Assembly (NCBI RefSeq): GCF_006345805.1
Contig: NC_043020.1
Span: forward strand, 20,646,001 to 20,710,000
Direction of reading: 5' to 3'
DNA length: 64,000 nt
From: Octopus sinensis
Lineage: Eukaryota
Positions 26,714 through 39,885 of this stretch are shown in pieces. The notes beneath the pieces were generated by a model that saw nothing but the letters and a program-made list of their open reading frames with translations, ran no database searches and had not been told where the DNA came from. Position 1 is the stretch's first letter. Each line of letters starts with the position of its first letter. The translations under genes and the position numbers were made by a program.

Positions 26714-28319
26714 CTTGCTCTAATTGCTGAGTCACTATCAGAACCAGAGGTGAAGTTTCAAGTGTGGAAATAAGTATTAGAATCGAAGGGCCTTAGAAAG
26801 TTCTAATAAGTAGGAAAGCAGGCAAACCACAAATCCCTTCAGGTAGATGGCCTTGCTCAATATGTAGTAGAGGTGTAGGTAGAAACTCTATGAGATGCAC
26901 CCAGTGTAAGCTATGGACACATAAGAGGTGCAGTAATATCAAAGGGAGGCTAACGGGAGTAGATAGTTTTTGTATGTGGCAGATGCTCAGGAGCAATAAA
27001 TACTGAAAATGCGCAGAGACCAACTTCCGCCACATTCCAGGAAGAAAAACCAGAAGTGGTTGATAGCTTCCGTTACCTAGGGGAGCAAGTCAGTAGCGGA
27101 AGTGCGTGCGTTGAAAGTATAGCTGCCAGAATAAGAATAGCTTGGGCAAAGTTCAGAGAGCTCTTACCTCTGCTGGTGACAAAGGGCCTCACGCTCAGAG
27201 TAAAAGGCAGACTGTATGACGCTTGTGTACAAACAGCCATGCTACATGGCAGTGAAACATGGGCTGTGACTGCTGAGGACTTGCATAAGCTGACAAGGAA
27301 TGAAGCCAGTATGCTCCGATGGATGTGTAATGTCAGTGTGCATAATTGACAGAGTGTAAGTACCTTGAGAGAAATGTTGGACCTAAGAAGCATCAGATGT
27401 AGTGTGCAAGAGAGACGACTGCGCTGGTATGGTCATGTGGCAAGAATGGACGAGGACAGCTGTGTGAAAAAGTGCCACACCCTAGCGGTTGAGGGAACCT
27501 GTGGAAGTGGTAGATCCAGGAAGACCTGGGATGAAGTGGTGAAGCACGACCTTCGAACTTTAGGCCTCACCAAGGCAATGACTAGTGACTGAGACCTTTG
27601 GAAATATGCCGTGCATGAGAAGACCCGGCAAGCCAAATGAAACCATAATCTCATGGCCTATGTCAGAGGTATAACCAGCTCACTTATGCATACCTTTTCC
27701 TCCTTTAGACACTAAAACTCTGCTTGCGAAGACCTGTTGAGGCAAGTGAAATAAATCAATCAACCAATCAAAAGCAAAATCAAATCCGATGACTGGCATC
27801 CATGCTAGCAGTGCGCAAAGAGCACCATACGAGTGTGATTACTGACAGTGGCTAACCGACTTCCGTGCCAGTGGCACTTAAAGGGCACCATTCGAGCGTG
27901 AAGGGCACCATTCGAACGTGATTGTTAACAGCGTCGCCTTCTGGCACTTGTGCCCATGCTAGTAGGGTGCCAAGAGCACCATCTGAGCATGATTGTTGCA
28001 GTGGGCACGTAAAGAGGGCACCATTTGAGCATGATCATTACCAAAATCGCCTTCTGTCACCTGTGCTGGTGGCATGTATAAAAGGATTCGAGCAAGGTCG
28101 TTGCCAGTACCGCCTGACTGGCCCCTGTGCTGGTGGCACGTAAAAGCACCCACTACACTCTCGGAGTGGTTGGCGTTAGGAAGGGCATCCAGCTGTAGAA
28201 ACTCTGGCAAATCAAGACTGGAGCCTGGTGCAGCCATCTGGTTCACCAGCCCTCAGTCAAAATCGTCCAACCCATGCTAGCATGGAAAGCAGACGTTAAA
28301 CGATGATGATGATGATGAT
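26714..28319 (+). mobile_element. RTE LINE 3' portion with 3' UTR and (GAT)n tail
   Basis: VDSFRYLG, RIAWAKFRELLPLL, MLHGSETW, RRLRWYGHVARM, GRSRKTWDEVV; UTR repeats GGTGGCACGTAAAAGCACC; tail. Confidence 0.92.
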
Positions 28320-28321
28320 AT

Positions 28322-28446
28322 ATACAAATCGACCCCAGGACTAATTCTTTGTTAGTCTAGTATTTATTCTATCGGTCTCTTTTGCCGAACCGCTAAGTCA
28401 CAGGGATGTAAACACACCAGCATCAGTTGTCAAGCGATGTTGGGGG

Positions 28447-28478
<32 letters not shown>

Positions 28479-28640
28479 GATATATACACACAACTGACTT
28501 CTTTCAGTTTCCGTCTACCAAATCCACTCACAAGACTTTGGTCAGCCTGAAGCTATAGTAGAAGACATTTGACCAAGGTGCCAAGCAGTGAGACTGAACC
28601 CGGAACCATGCGGTTGGTAAGCAAGCTACTTACCACAGTC
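28322..28640 (-). mobile_element. SINE (~400-bp family)
   Basis: Reverse complement of the family, including GGTTCCGGGTTCAGTC head and internal (CA)n. Confidence 0.85.
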
Positions 28641-29464
28641 TCACTAATTCAGTTTTAATTGAAATCAAATTAAGTTTTTTTATTATGCTTCTCGTGTTAT
28701 AAGCTATATTTAGACATAAAATACTTAAAATCTGGTGCAGTAGAACAAAAGGTAAGAGCAAAAAATGTATAGACCAAAGTGACTGACTGATGTGTAGTAA
28801 CGCTGCTTGACATCAACACTTCGAATCTACACCATTCTTTTAATTTTGTTTAAGAATTATTATATTGATATTAATATGAAAGAGAAATGTTAAAGGAATA
28901 TATTGGTAAAGGTTTCATAAAATTTAGTCCATTAGGAAAAAGATATTTAATTTCAATTCTCAAATTTTTATCAATTTTTGGGTGATATTAAAGAGACCCT
29001 ACTCATATATGAATTAAACTATTTGTTAGGTGTGCACACAACAAAAGATAAAAGACAACACAAATCGATACAAAGAGTTCTAATATTTATTTTCATTAGT
29101 CTAAATTACTTTTTATAAAAAATGAAATTTTTTTGCTTAATTTTTTTGTAGTAAAGCTTTTCGAATAAATTATTTTAAGGACAAGATTATTTAATAAAAT
29201 ATTTTTATTTGTTTGATTTTGTCTCTATGAGCAGCACTGAATCATGTAGTAGGGCTATTCAGGAAATGCAAATGACAAAAAAATCAAATATTCTAACAGT
29301 CAATTTTCACTATTTTCAAATGAGAATTAGTCAAATGAAAAAAATCAAAATTTTGCTTGAATTTACTTGGAAATTTTTGAATTCAAAATGACTGTAAAAA
29401 ATGGTAATTTTATATATTTTTAATTAAAATTTTACTATTACTGCAATGCCTGTAAAAATACTGG

Positions 29465-30138
29465 ACTAGCCAATGAAAAATGCATTCATATACTAACAAT
29501 ATTCTTAACAATTAAACCTGGAAAAGTAGGGGACAAGAAAAAACTCATTAAAATTAGAGCTTAAAATATTGCTGCTAAAATTAAAATTTAAAATTTTTAT
29601 TAATTCATTTAGTACAAAAAATAAAATTCAAATAAAGAAGGAAAAGTGAAATTAATTGAATTTTTTTTTTAAATATGAAAAAGTACCTAAGAGGTACTTT
29701 TTAACTTTCATTTTAGCAGCAATATTTTAAGCTCTAATTTTAATAAATTTTTTTTGTCTTCTACTTTTCTAGGTTTAATGGATCTTTATGAAATTTGAAA
29801 ATTATATACTATGCATGAGGGCAGATGTAATGCAATATATGTTTGAAAGTAATCCCCATGAAAATTCATATGTTCTTGCTGTTGATGAAATCCTAACCAT
29901 AGATATTAGACACAAATGAAGTAATATTCCTAAAATTTCAACTTCTTAGGAGGGTAGTCAGATCCTTTAATGGGAGCTTAACACCCACAGTTTAGTCATT
30001 TTTTCTAAACCAAGACAGTCTTGAAAGCTGTAGAGTCACTTGAGAATACAGGATGCTAAGGGAAAGTTGTTGGGGGGGGGATCAAATTTTGGCCTTTTGC
30101 CAAAAATTGTTAGTATGTGTCTGCATTTTTCATTGGCT

Positions 30139-30141
<3 letters not shown>
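29465..30141. mobile_element. Foldback/MITE-like element with a captured ~325-bp insert in the right arm
   Basis: Exact 20-bp terminal inverted repeats (29465-29484 / 30122-30141); inner arms ~29516-29587 / ~29709-29778; central hairpin AAAAAGTACC-TAAGA-GGTACTTTTT. Confidence 0.75.
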
Positions 30142-30169
<28 letters not shown>

Positions 30170-30194
<25 letters not shown>

Positions 30195-31860
30195 AGTCAA
30201 TGTCTGTGCGTTCATGTGTTACTAATAGATTTGGAAACTACTGGACCCAATCCCAATGAAATTTGGAACACAAAATCCAAGCCTAGGGAGAAGCGTAATG
30301 CCATACATTTCATACAATTTTGAGGGGACATAAATGGTGGGAGGTCAGAACCCTCTGAGAAAATTCATTTTGATGAAATTTGAACCATAGATATTAGAAA
30401 TATATTTTAAAATATACCCAAAATTTGCATTTCTTTGGGTGATTCTAAGACTCCATAATGGGGGCTTAACCCCCAAATTTTAGTCATTTTTTTATGGACC
30501 AAAATTATTGAATGGATCCTAATGATATTTGGAACTTAGACTCAATGCATAAAGGTGGGTATAATGCAGCATGTTTGGTTTGAATTTGAAGGGGCTTCAA
30601 AGGGGCAGAACCCCCATGAACACTCATAAATTTCTTATGGTGATGAAATTTCAACCATAGGTAATTGACACAAATCAAGAAGTATTCCCAAAGTTTCCGC
30701 TTGTCATGAGGATACTGAGACCCCCTAATAGGGGCCTTAACTTCCAAATTTTAGTCATTTTTTAATGATCCAAAACAAGGTCAAAAGTACTGAATGGATC
30801 TTTATGAAATTTGAAAATTATATACTATGCATAAGGGCAGATGTAATGCAATATATGTTTGAAAGTAATCCCCATGAAAATTCATATGTTCTTGCTGTTG
30901 ATGAAATCCTAACCATAGATATTAGACACAAATGAAGTAATATTCCTAAAATTTCAACTTCTTAGGAGGGTAGTCAGATCCTTTAATGGGAGCTTAACAC
31001 CCACAGTTTAGTCACTTTTTCTAAACCAAGACAGTCTTGAAAGCTGTAGAGTCACTTGAGAATACAGAATGCTAAGGGAAAGTTGTTGGGTGGGGGTCAA
31101 ATTTTGGCCTTTGCCCATATAGGGGGCTGTAGCTCCACCCCACCCCATACAACCCTTCCAATTTGTTGTTTTTTTTTCAGCAGAATAATAGTTTCACTTC
31201 TAATAAGACTATAATATTGTCTCACTTTTATTCTTTCACTTTTGATAAGACCCTAATATAGTTTATACTACATACATACAACTGCTTACAAAAATAGAGA
31301 TTAATGTAAATTCTTTCTATGTTCATAATTTTTTGTTTAGAATATTGAAAGATTCCACAAGTATAAAGCAAGGAAGTTTGTAGAAAACCGAAGGCAAGAG
31401 TCTCAAGAGAGAAGGGAAATAAGACTTCCTCAAGATCAGCAAACACATGCTGCAGCACATCAAATGGAGTCTCAAGAGAGAAGGGAAATAAGACTTTCAC
31501 AAGATCAACAAAGGAATGCTACAGCACATCAAATGTAGTCTCAAGACAGAAGTGAGATGAGACCTTCTCAACATCAGCAAAGGCATGCTGCAGCATGTCA
31601 ACTGGAGTCTCAAGACAGAAATGAGATACACTTTCTCAACATCAGTGAAGGCATGCTTCAGTAAATCAGATGGAGTCTCAATACAGAAGGGAGATGAGAC
31701 TTTTCCCAAATTTCCAAATGAAACTAATGGCATGAACTGCTCAGGCAGTAAGGCAAGATTGCCAGCACTACCAGCTCCTCCTCAACGTCTTATAAATCTT
31801 TTGGAAGGCACTTCCATCTAGTCAAAGGATTTTCTGAATGCAACTCTGCATTTTAAATAA
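30170..31860 (+). mobile_element. Helitron 5' region with internal tandem units and decayed Rep N-terminus
   Basis: 5' TATATATAAGTCAATGTCTGT start; ~150-170-bp degenerate internal repeats; 69-bp coding repeats ESQERREIRLPQDQQTHAAAHQM (from 31398); ETNGMNCSGSKARLPALPAPPQRLINLLEG (cf. Helitron ETPGMCC..GKV.LP). Confidence 0.7.
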
Positions 31861-33634
31861 CATTATTTATCAGAAACAGCCACATGAAAGGTGTAAGGAA
31901 ATTGAAGGAAGATGTTGAAACTTCCCCTCTTTGAGTTTTTTTTTCTATAGCAAAGGGAGCTATTTCATACATCAAAAGGTTCTTACATAAAGTGCAAGTT
32001 AAAGATGGAATATATCAACAATATCTTGTAACTTTATTATCAAATAAGAATAAAATAAAAAACAACAAAAAGAAATTTTTTCCAGATTTCTGAAAAAATT
32101 GTGACAATTTTAAACTAGCTGAGACATCAAGACAATCTTAGTCAAATCAGGACATAAGGTAACCATGTGTGAATGGGGTGTGGGTGTGTGAATTTAGTAC
32201 AGGAAATAGAGCCAATAAACGAAGCTCTACATGATTGCTTGACTTGCTACAAATAATAGTCAAATATCTCAAATGACACCCCACTATTTTTAAAACAAGA
32301 AGGATCCATAGAATATTCTATTGGATTTTGTAGTTAAGATACAGTTATAGTTTGAATACCTTCAATCATCAGTCGGCTAGAGTAAGATCAGCTTGGAAAT
32401 AAACAACAAAACAATAATTAAAGCAATAAGCTTTATTGTTAGAAGCTTCGCTTTAAGATCAGATGGGTTTTTCAACCCTCACACTAAAATTCTGCAAAGC
32501 CAGCCTTGCTAATCCCTTATAATATTTCATCAGATCTATTTAGAAGGAATGGGTAGGAGATAGTGATTTTACATAACACTGAAAGATGCAATAATTAAGC
32601 TTAATACATAAATGTAGAAAGAAGGTAAACAAACAATTATAAATACGCATTACATCATTCAAAATCTCTGAAGAGAAAAGTTTTAAATAATAACGGCTAC
32701 AGAAGCTGTCAATTTTAATAAATATTTAAACTAGAGTCTTTGAGAATTCTTAAATCTTTCCAATTAGTTAACCAGCAGGAAATCTTTTCAACAAGTTAAT
32801 TAAATGTTTCACTTTTCAGATACTAATATAAATACTGTTGTGAGAGGATAACATTTATGACAGCCAAATTTTCATAACCTTACCTAATGGAGATTATCTC
32901 TTCACTATGTTACATAATTTTCTCATTTTATTTTTGAATTTATCAACATTCAGTAACCCTATATCTAAATACAGCTGCTACTCAGCACAATATTCTTCAA
33001 TGTTATTTTTGTTTCTATAATGCAAGAGATGTTTGACAATCAACAATGACCGAGCCACTTTTTGTTACTGGTTCCTATCCATCAAAATGTCAGTAGCTTC
33101 TCTAAATCTAATTACTGCATATAGCTTGATTTTCATTCACTTGAAAAATGCACAAATTCACTATTCAATATGATAAAGTATTATCACAGATTCTTTATGA
33201 CAACAGCTCCTTAATTTGATATTTCATTAGACTGAGTTAAAATCCTTAAAAAGCCAAGAAGCTCATCTGACCAGAGCATATCCTGATTTTGTGGTGCTTT
33301 AAGCAACTAAGAGTACCAGACCCCACCCAGAATAGAACAGCAGCCATCACAGGGTAAAACCAGCTCAGCAGGAGCTGGCACACATTTCCAGCTGCCTAAA
33401 CTGAAGCAGTATGAAATGAAGTACCTTGCTCAAGGACACAATGCATCAGCTAATCCTGGAATCAAACCCATGATCTAACAACCGTGAGTACAATACTGAA
33501 ACCTTAAATACTCAGAACGGCATTAAGAATGGCATGTGTGAAAAGGAAGCATTTAACTTCCATTGCTTTTAGGTAATTGTTACAATGTACAGAAGCAGTA
33601 TTCAAACAGTAAAATGTCAGAGTGGTTATTTTAC

Positions 33635-33955
33635 TCTTTTACTTGTTTAAGTCATTTGACTGTGGCCATGCTAGAGCACCACCTTTAGTCAAGCAAATCG
33701 ATCCCAGGACTTATTCTTTGTAAGCCTAGTACTTATTCTATTGGTCTCTTTTGCTGAACCACTAAGTTACGGGGACGTAAACACACCAGCATCGGTTGTC
33801 AAGTGGTGTTGGGGGGACAAACACAGACACAAAAACATATACATACACACATACATACATATATACATATATGACGGGCTTCTTTCAGTTTCCATCTACC
33901 AAATCCACTCACAAGGCTTTGGTCGCCCCAAGGCTATAGTAGAAGACACTTGTAA
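33635..33955 (-). mobile_element. SINE (~400-bp family)
   Basis: Reverse complement of the family body. Confidence 0.85.
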
Positions 33956-34707
33956 AAACTAGTTTCATAACTTTGAGTTCAAATCCTACTAATAAAACAA
34001 AATAGCAGTAATGTGATAATGAAGATCAGCTAACTTCTTCACCTCACTTTTTTTTTCTATGTAGACTTGGTTCACAGAACTGTATTCCTCTGATATATAC
34101 TCCTCCCCTATTGCCCTCCACCCACTACTCTGCATTAAGTTCATCGAGTTATTCCAAGTTAGGATAGATATAGTGCTTTCAATTTTAACAAGATAGGGTA
34201 CATCTGGGGTATTAGAAATATTTGGTGAGTGATCTCAATTAAACACGATCTCTCTCTCGTGAGTTTAACGTACTACACAACCAACCACATCAACATTAGT
34301 CTTCCTAGAGGACAAGAGATATCACTTCTGCTTCATAGTAAAATGGATAGTATTAAGTACACAAATAGCGGTCAAATACTGACCAACCATTCAACTACTT
34401 AGCCACCAAGCTTGCATCCTCATCTGTTTCTTCTGCCACAACTTCAAGTACTCATCTCTCCTTCTTACCAAATTGTTCTACCCTAAGTTAAAAACACACT
34501 TTCCAACTTACTCAAACATCTTTCTGAAACTTCTTATCTAACAAGGTTTTCTCCAATAGCAGTTCAAACTACTGTTAATCAAACTAACCTCACCATTCAG
34601 ATACCTAATATCCACCAGGATGAAGGAAAAAAGAAGGGGTCTTGAAAAAGATATGAGCACAACCCTTCCTCTTCAGACTAACAATGAAAGAAAAAAGCTG
34701 AAATAGG

Positions 34708-34908
34708 CTTGACTCTTTTGTAACCATATTTTTGTTGAAATACACTACTTCTGTTTCAATTAATTTTGAAAATAACGAAGTAAAATAACATTAAGATGTT
34801 TGGAACATAATAAATTAATACAAAATTTTTATAAAAGGTTTCCATTTAAAACAGTAAGCTGTTTCACAGAACCAGAAGTAACAGGTAAGTTGATTTTAAA
34901 TGGGTTAA
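34708..34908. mobile_element. Short MITE-like repeat ending GGGTTAA
   Basis: Degenerate TTAACCC...GGGTTAA-type termini; family recalled from octopus genomes (not database-checked). Confidence 0.5.
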
Positions 34909-35967
34909 CATTGAAGAATATTGTGCTGAGTAGCAGCTGTATTTAGATATAGGGTTACTGAATGTTGATAAATTCAGTAGAATGATTGGTACAATTAGTA
35001 CAGTAGTATTGTCTGTAAACCTAGCTATGTGGTGTCTTGAAATTTTAGTGGCATCAACAAAATTCTTTGATTCCTTCTCTCTCCTATTTTTCTTTTCAAC
35101 ATATTTTGCTAGTAATCTGCATAGCATTCATTCCTAAACAGTTTTCATGCAAGATCGATGAACAGTTGGGTAGGTTGCTGTGCAGGGATCAATACAGTTC
35201 GTAGATTATTTCAGCCTTATCAATAATCATTTTGTTCATAATCTCATTGGAGTAGGTGTGTATTAGTATTGCAGGGTGGGGGTAAAAAAAATAAACACAA
35301 GATCAGTTAAAAACAGAGCAACAAAGCTAATATAGCAATATGTTAAACAATCATTTTTGGTATGAAAATGCAAAACACAACATAACAATGGGTTACAATT
35401 TAAGCACTGAACTTTAGTCAATTAAATCAACCCCAGCACTTGACTGATACTTGATTTTATCAACACCGAAAGGATGAAAAGCTAAGTTGATCTCAGCAGG
35501 ATTTAAACTTAGAATAAAAAGAGCCAAAACAAATACCACAAGGCATTTTGTCCAACTCTAATTGTTTCTAATTGTGGTACAAGATTAGCAATTTTGAGGA
35601 GAGTGGGGGTTAGTCACTTATATTATACTTCATTGTTACTATATTTCATTGGTGCTGAAAAGATGACAGGTACAACTGACTCTGCTGGGGTTTGAACTCA
35701 GAATGTAAACAAATATCACAAAGCACTTTCTCTGATGTGCTAATGATTCTGCCAATCTACTGTCCTTCATCATCTCTAGCATAGGCACAAGACCTAGGAT
35801 TCAAGGAAGGGGGTTTGTCGATAACATTGACCAGTACTTGACAAATATTTTTTTATCAATCCAAAGAAGGTTAAAAGGCAAAATCAACAAGAATGGAATT
35901 TGAACTCAAAATGTAAAAGGTCATAACTAAATACCACAAGCATTTTGTTCAATGATTCTGCATTCTA

Positions 35968-38481
35968 TCAGGCTGAGTAAAATGTAAGTTATGTTTTGAA
36001 ATATGAAATTCATCACAATATATTTCAACAATATATCAGGTCATCCCATAAGTTCTGTCCAATTTTACCTTTTTTAAAATTGAATAAAATTTAATAGCAT
36101 TTTAGAATGTCTAATGGAATTAAAAATTATTTTTATGCATTTGTGTACATTTAAACTAATTGAATATTTCTTTGATTAAAACCCTTTCTAACATGGAAGT
36201 ATCCAAAGAGCATTTAAGGCACATAATGCTTTATGAGTACAAAAAAGGAAACTCTGCAGCCGAATTGGCTTGAAACATACACTCAGTTTATGGGAAAGAA
36301 TGTTTCAATGAAAGAACTTGCAGGACATGGTTTGCAAAATTCAGAAGTGGAGATTTCAGCCTTGAACATGAAGATCGAACAGGACATCCAGCTGAGTTTG
36401 ATGATAAGCTCCTTGAGGCATTACTTGAAGAAAATCCTGCATTATCAGTTGAAGAATTGGCAATAAAGCTTAGTTCAAACCATACAACATCATCTTCAAC
36501 AACTTGGAAAGGTTCTTAAACTTGCAAAATAGGTGCCTCATGATTTGTCCGAAGGCAACCGCAAATCCTGAGTTGACATCTGCTCTTCTCTCCATTCTCG
36601 CTAACTCATTTCACCCTTTTTTAATAGACTTGTGACTGGTGACGAAAAATGGATCTTCTATCGAAATGTTAAACATTTTAAACAGTGGCTTGGTAAAAAG
36701 GAAAAAGCTCAATTACAACCAAGAAGGGAACTTCATGGGAAAAAGGTTCTTCTCTCTATCTGGTGAGATTGCAAAGGAATAATTCACTTTGAATTGTTAT
36801 CACCTAATGCAACAATCAATGCTCAAGTCTACTGTCAGTAATTAGAGTGTTTGAACCAAGCTTTGAAGAAAAAAAGACTCGCTTTAGTGAATCGAAAAGG
36901 AGTAGTGTTTCATCATTCAATGCATGACCCCATACTGCAAAGATCACATCACAGAAGATCGAAGAGCTTGGTTGGGAAAAAATTTCTCATCCATCTTATT
37001 CTCCCGACCTTGCTCCTTCAGACTACCACTTGTTTCGTAGTTTACAGAATCATTTGGGGGACATAACTTTAGCAAACCAGGAGGAGGTCGAAACTGACAT
37101 TTCAGAGTTCTTCGCTTTGAAACCAAAAAATTTTACATTGTTGGGATTAAAAAGCTTGTAAATAGATGGAAGGAAGTCATAGCTAATCAGGGAAAGTACA
37201 TTGATTTTTAAATTTCAATTAAATATAACATTTGATCACTTATTTTCTTTATTAAAAATTCGGACAGAACTTATGGGATGACCTGATATTTCATTAAAGT
37301 AAGTACCATTACAATCAACACAGTTTTGCCAACGAGTTACAAGTTTGTTTATTCTGGTAACATAAAAATCTGGATTTCTGGAGCTGATGAACTCTTTGAA
37401 TGCACTTCCAGCATTGGTTTGATTTTTTTAACTCCTTCTCATGCAGGAAATCATCAAGGTGCTTGAAAAAGTGGTAGTCAGTAGGATAAAAGGTCTGGGG
37501 AATAAGCTGGGTGGGGAACTTCCCTCAACTTCTGGAGCATCATTAGTGAAACGTGTGGTCAAGCATTGTCATGAAGAATGATTGGCCTTCTGTTGACCAA
37601 TCTAGGATGGAGGAGTAGCAGTTTTTTGTTCATTTTGGCAATTTCATAGCAATATGTTTCTGCAGTAATAGTTTTTCTGGGTTTTAAGAAGTTATAGTGG
37701 ATGAGTCCAGTAGTACACCACCAAACAGTCAGCATAGCCTTCTTTTTGAAGAGCTCAGGTTTAGTGAAGGCTTTCGGTGCTTCATTTTGGTCCAACCACT
37801 GCGAAGAACATTTTTTATTATTGTATAAAATCCACTTTTCATTATAAGTTATAACACGGTCGAGAAATGGATTGGTCTGGTTATGAAGAAGAAACGATGA
37901 GCAAATTTCATCTCTTTGCATTTTCTGATTTTCATTCAAATTGTGTGGCACTCAATTGTTGAGTTTTTTTGATTTTCCAATCTCATGCAAATGGTTGCAG
38001 GCAATTTTCTGGCTAATTTGAAGTTCTTTTGACAGTTCTCATGTGGTTTTATGTGGATCTTTCTCAATGACGGTCTTTAATTGACCGTCATCAATGACAG
38101 ATGGGCGTCCACTACACTCATGATCTTCAAGGCTCAGGTCTCCACTGCGAAATCGTTTAAACTATTTTTGAGCTGACCACTCACTGGTCATTTCTTCAAA
38201 CATTTCGTTGATATCGTGAGCAGTTTCAGCTGCTTTACATCCTTTTTGAAGTTGAATAGCAAAATTGCTTGAATAATGCGCTTTCACAGTTCCATTTCAG
38301 ATGATTGTAACAACGGTGAAAAAAAATATCAATGTTAATTTATTGATGCATTTGGGCAAGTCTATATCTGTATTATCAGACAATTTTTAAAAAAAGCATT
38401 TAACAAAAAATTCAAAACTCTGCAAAAATCCAGTACAAATTCTTCATGATTCAAAACATTGCTAACTTTTTACTCACCTAA
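35968..38481 (-). mobile_element. Mariner (Hsmar1/cecropia-like), decayed; host of a nested mariner
   Basis: WMPHNL, ITYNEKW, IILHDNA motifs (37559-37951); related ends TA|TCAGGCTGAGTAAAA and TTTTACTCACCTAA|TA; ~1.26 kb once the insert is removed. Confidence 0.8.
36036..37286 (+). mobile_element. Full-length mariner (1251 bp), transposase inactivated
   Basis: Perfect 25-bp TIRs TCAGGTCATCCCATAAGTTCTGTCC (36036-36060 / 37262-37286) with TA duplication; ATG at 36193; TGDEKW and YSPDLAPSDYHLF motifs; stops and frameshifts. Confidence 0.95.
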
Positions 38482-38499
38482 TATATAATAATGACAATG

Positions 38500-39834
38500 A
38501 GTAGGAAGAAGATTTCTTTTGACAAAGAACGAAATTAAAGTTTTAGTCATTTGACTCTAATGTATTACTGGTACTTTATCAGCTTTAAGTAGAAGAAAAG
38601 TAAAGTTCACCCTAGAGGAATTTGTATTCAATGATAATAATTTTTAACATAGGCAAAAGGCCAATGGTAACAGGGAACAGTCTATCATATTGAGCACCAG
38701 TACTTGACATGTACTTTAATTTATTGATACTGGAAAGATGGAAGACAGAGTTGACCTCTGTGGGATTTTAACATAAAAATACAGAAAGGCATTTTATCCA
38801 TTGCTCTCACAATTCTTCCAATCTACTATCCCAAAAATAACAACTGTTTCTAATTTACACACAAGGCCATCCATTTTGGGGAAGGTCAATCCAAGTACTT
38901 GATTAGAACTTCATTTTATTGACACTGGAAGGATGAAGGGCGAAGGTGAGCTTGACAAAGTTTCAACTCAAAATGTAAAGAGAAGAACAAATACCACAAG
39001 GCAATTTTTCTGGTGCTCTACCGATTCCACAAGCTTGCTGCCTTTGATAATTGTTTTTCAAGTACAGGGCTAGCAATTTTATGAGTAGAGGGTCAGTCGA
39101 TAGCATCGAACCTATTACTTCACTAACACTTTATTTCATCAAGCCCAAACAGACAAAAGATAAAATTGATCTCAACAGAATTTGAACTCCAAACTTAAAG
39201 AGCTGGAACAGATACCACAAAGTATTTCTTTGATGCTCTAAAAATCCTGCCAATCCACTGCCATAATAATAATAATTCTTTGTAATTTTTGACACAAGGT
39301 CAGCAATTTTGAAGGGTTGGAGAAGTTGATTACATCAACCCCAGTGCTCAACAGGTACTTATTTTATTGCCTTCAAAAGAATGAAAGGCAAAGTTTACTA
39401 TGGTGGAATTTGAACAATCCTTTCTACACAAGGCCTGAAATTTTAAGGGAAGGGACTAGTTAATTATATCAACCTCAGTGTGTAACTGGTATTTATTTCA
39501 TCAACCCTAAAGGATGAAAGGCAAAGTTGACTTTGACAGAGTTTGAACTCAGAATCTAAGGATGAACGAAATGCCCCTAAGTATTTTGCCTGACATGCTA
39601 ACGATTCTGTTAGTTCACCCCACTTAATAATCTTTTCTACTATATGCACAAGGCCTGAAATTTGGGGGAAGGGAGCTAGTCAATTACATCAATCCCAGTG
39701 CTCAACTGGGACTCATATTATCAATCCCGAAAGGATGAAAGGCAAAGTTGACTTCGGCAGAATTTGAACTCAGATGGGCAAAATACCGCTAAGCATTTTA
39801 CTTGATGTGCTAACAATTCTGCCAGCTCACTGCC

Positions 39835-39885
<51 letters not shown>

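Noticed and set aside
28700-28836. Minus-strand ORF WCRFEVLMSSSV...YSL* as an alternative terminal exon
   Set aside because: No polypyrimidine tract; ~45 codons is within chance expectation; no recognisable homology.
34861-34890. Plus-strand donor CAG|GTAAGT
   Set aside because: Lies inside a MITE; no supported exon upstream.
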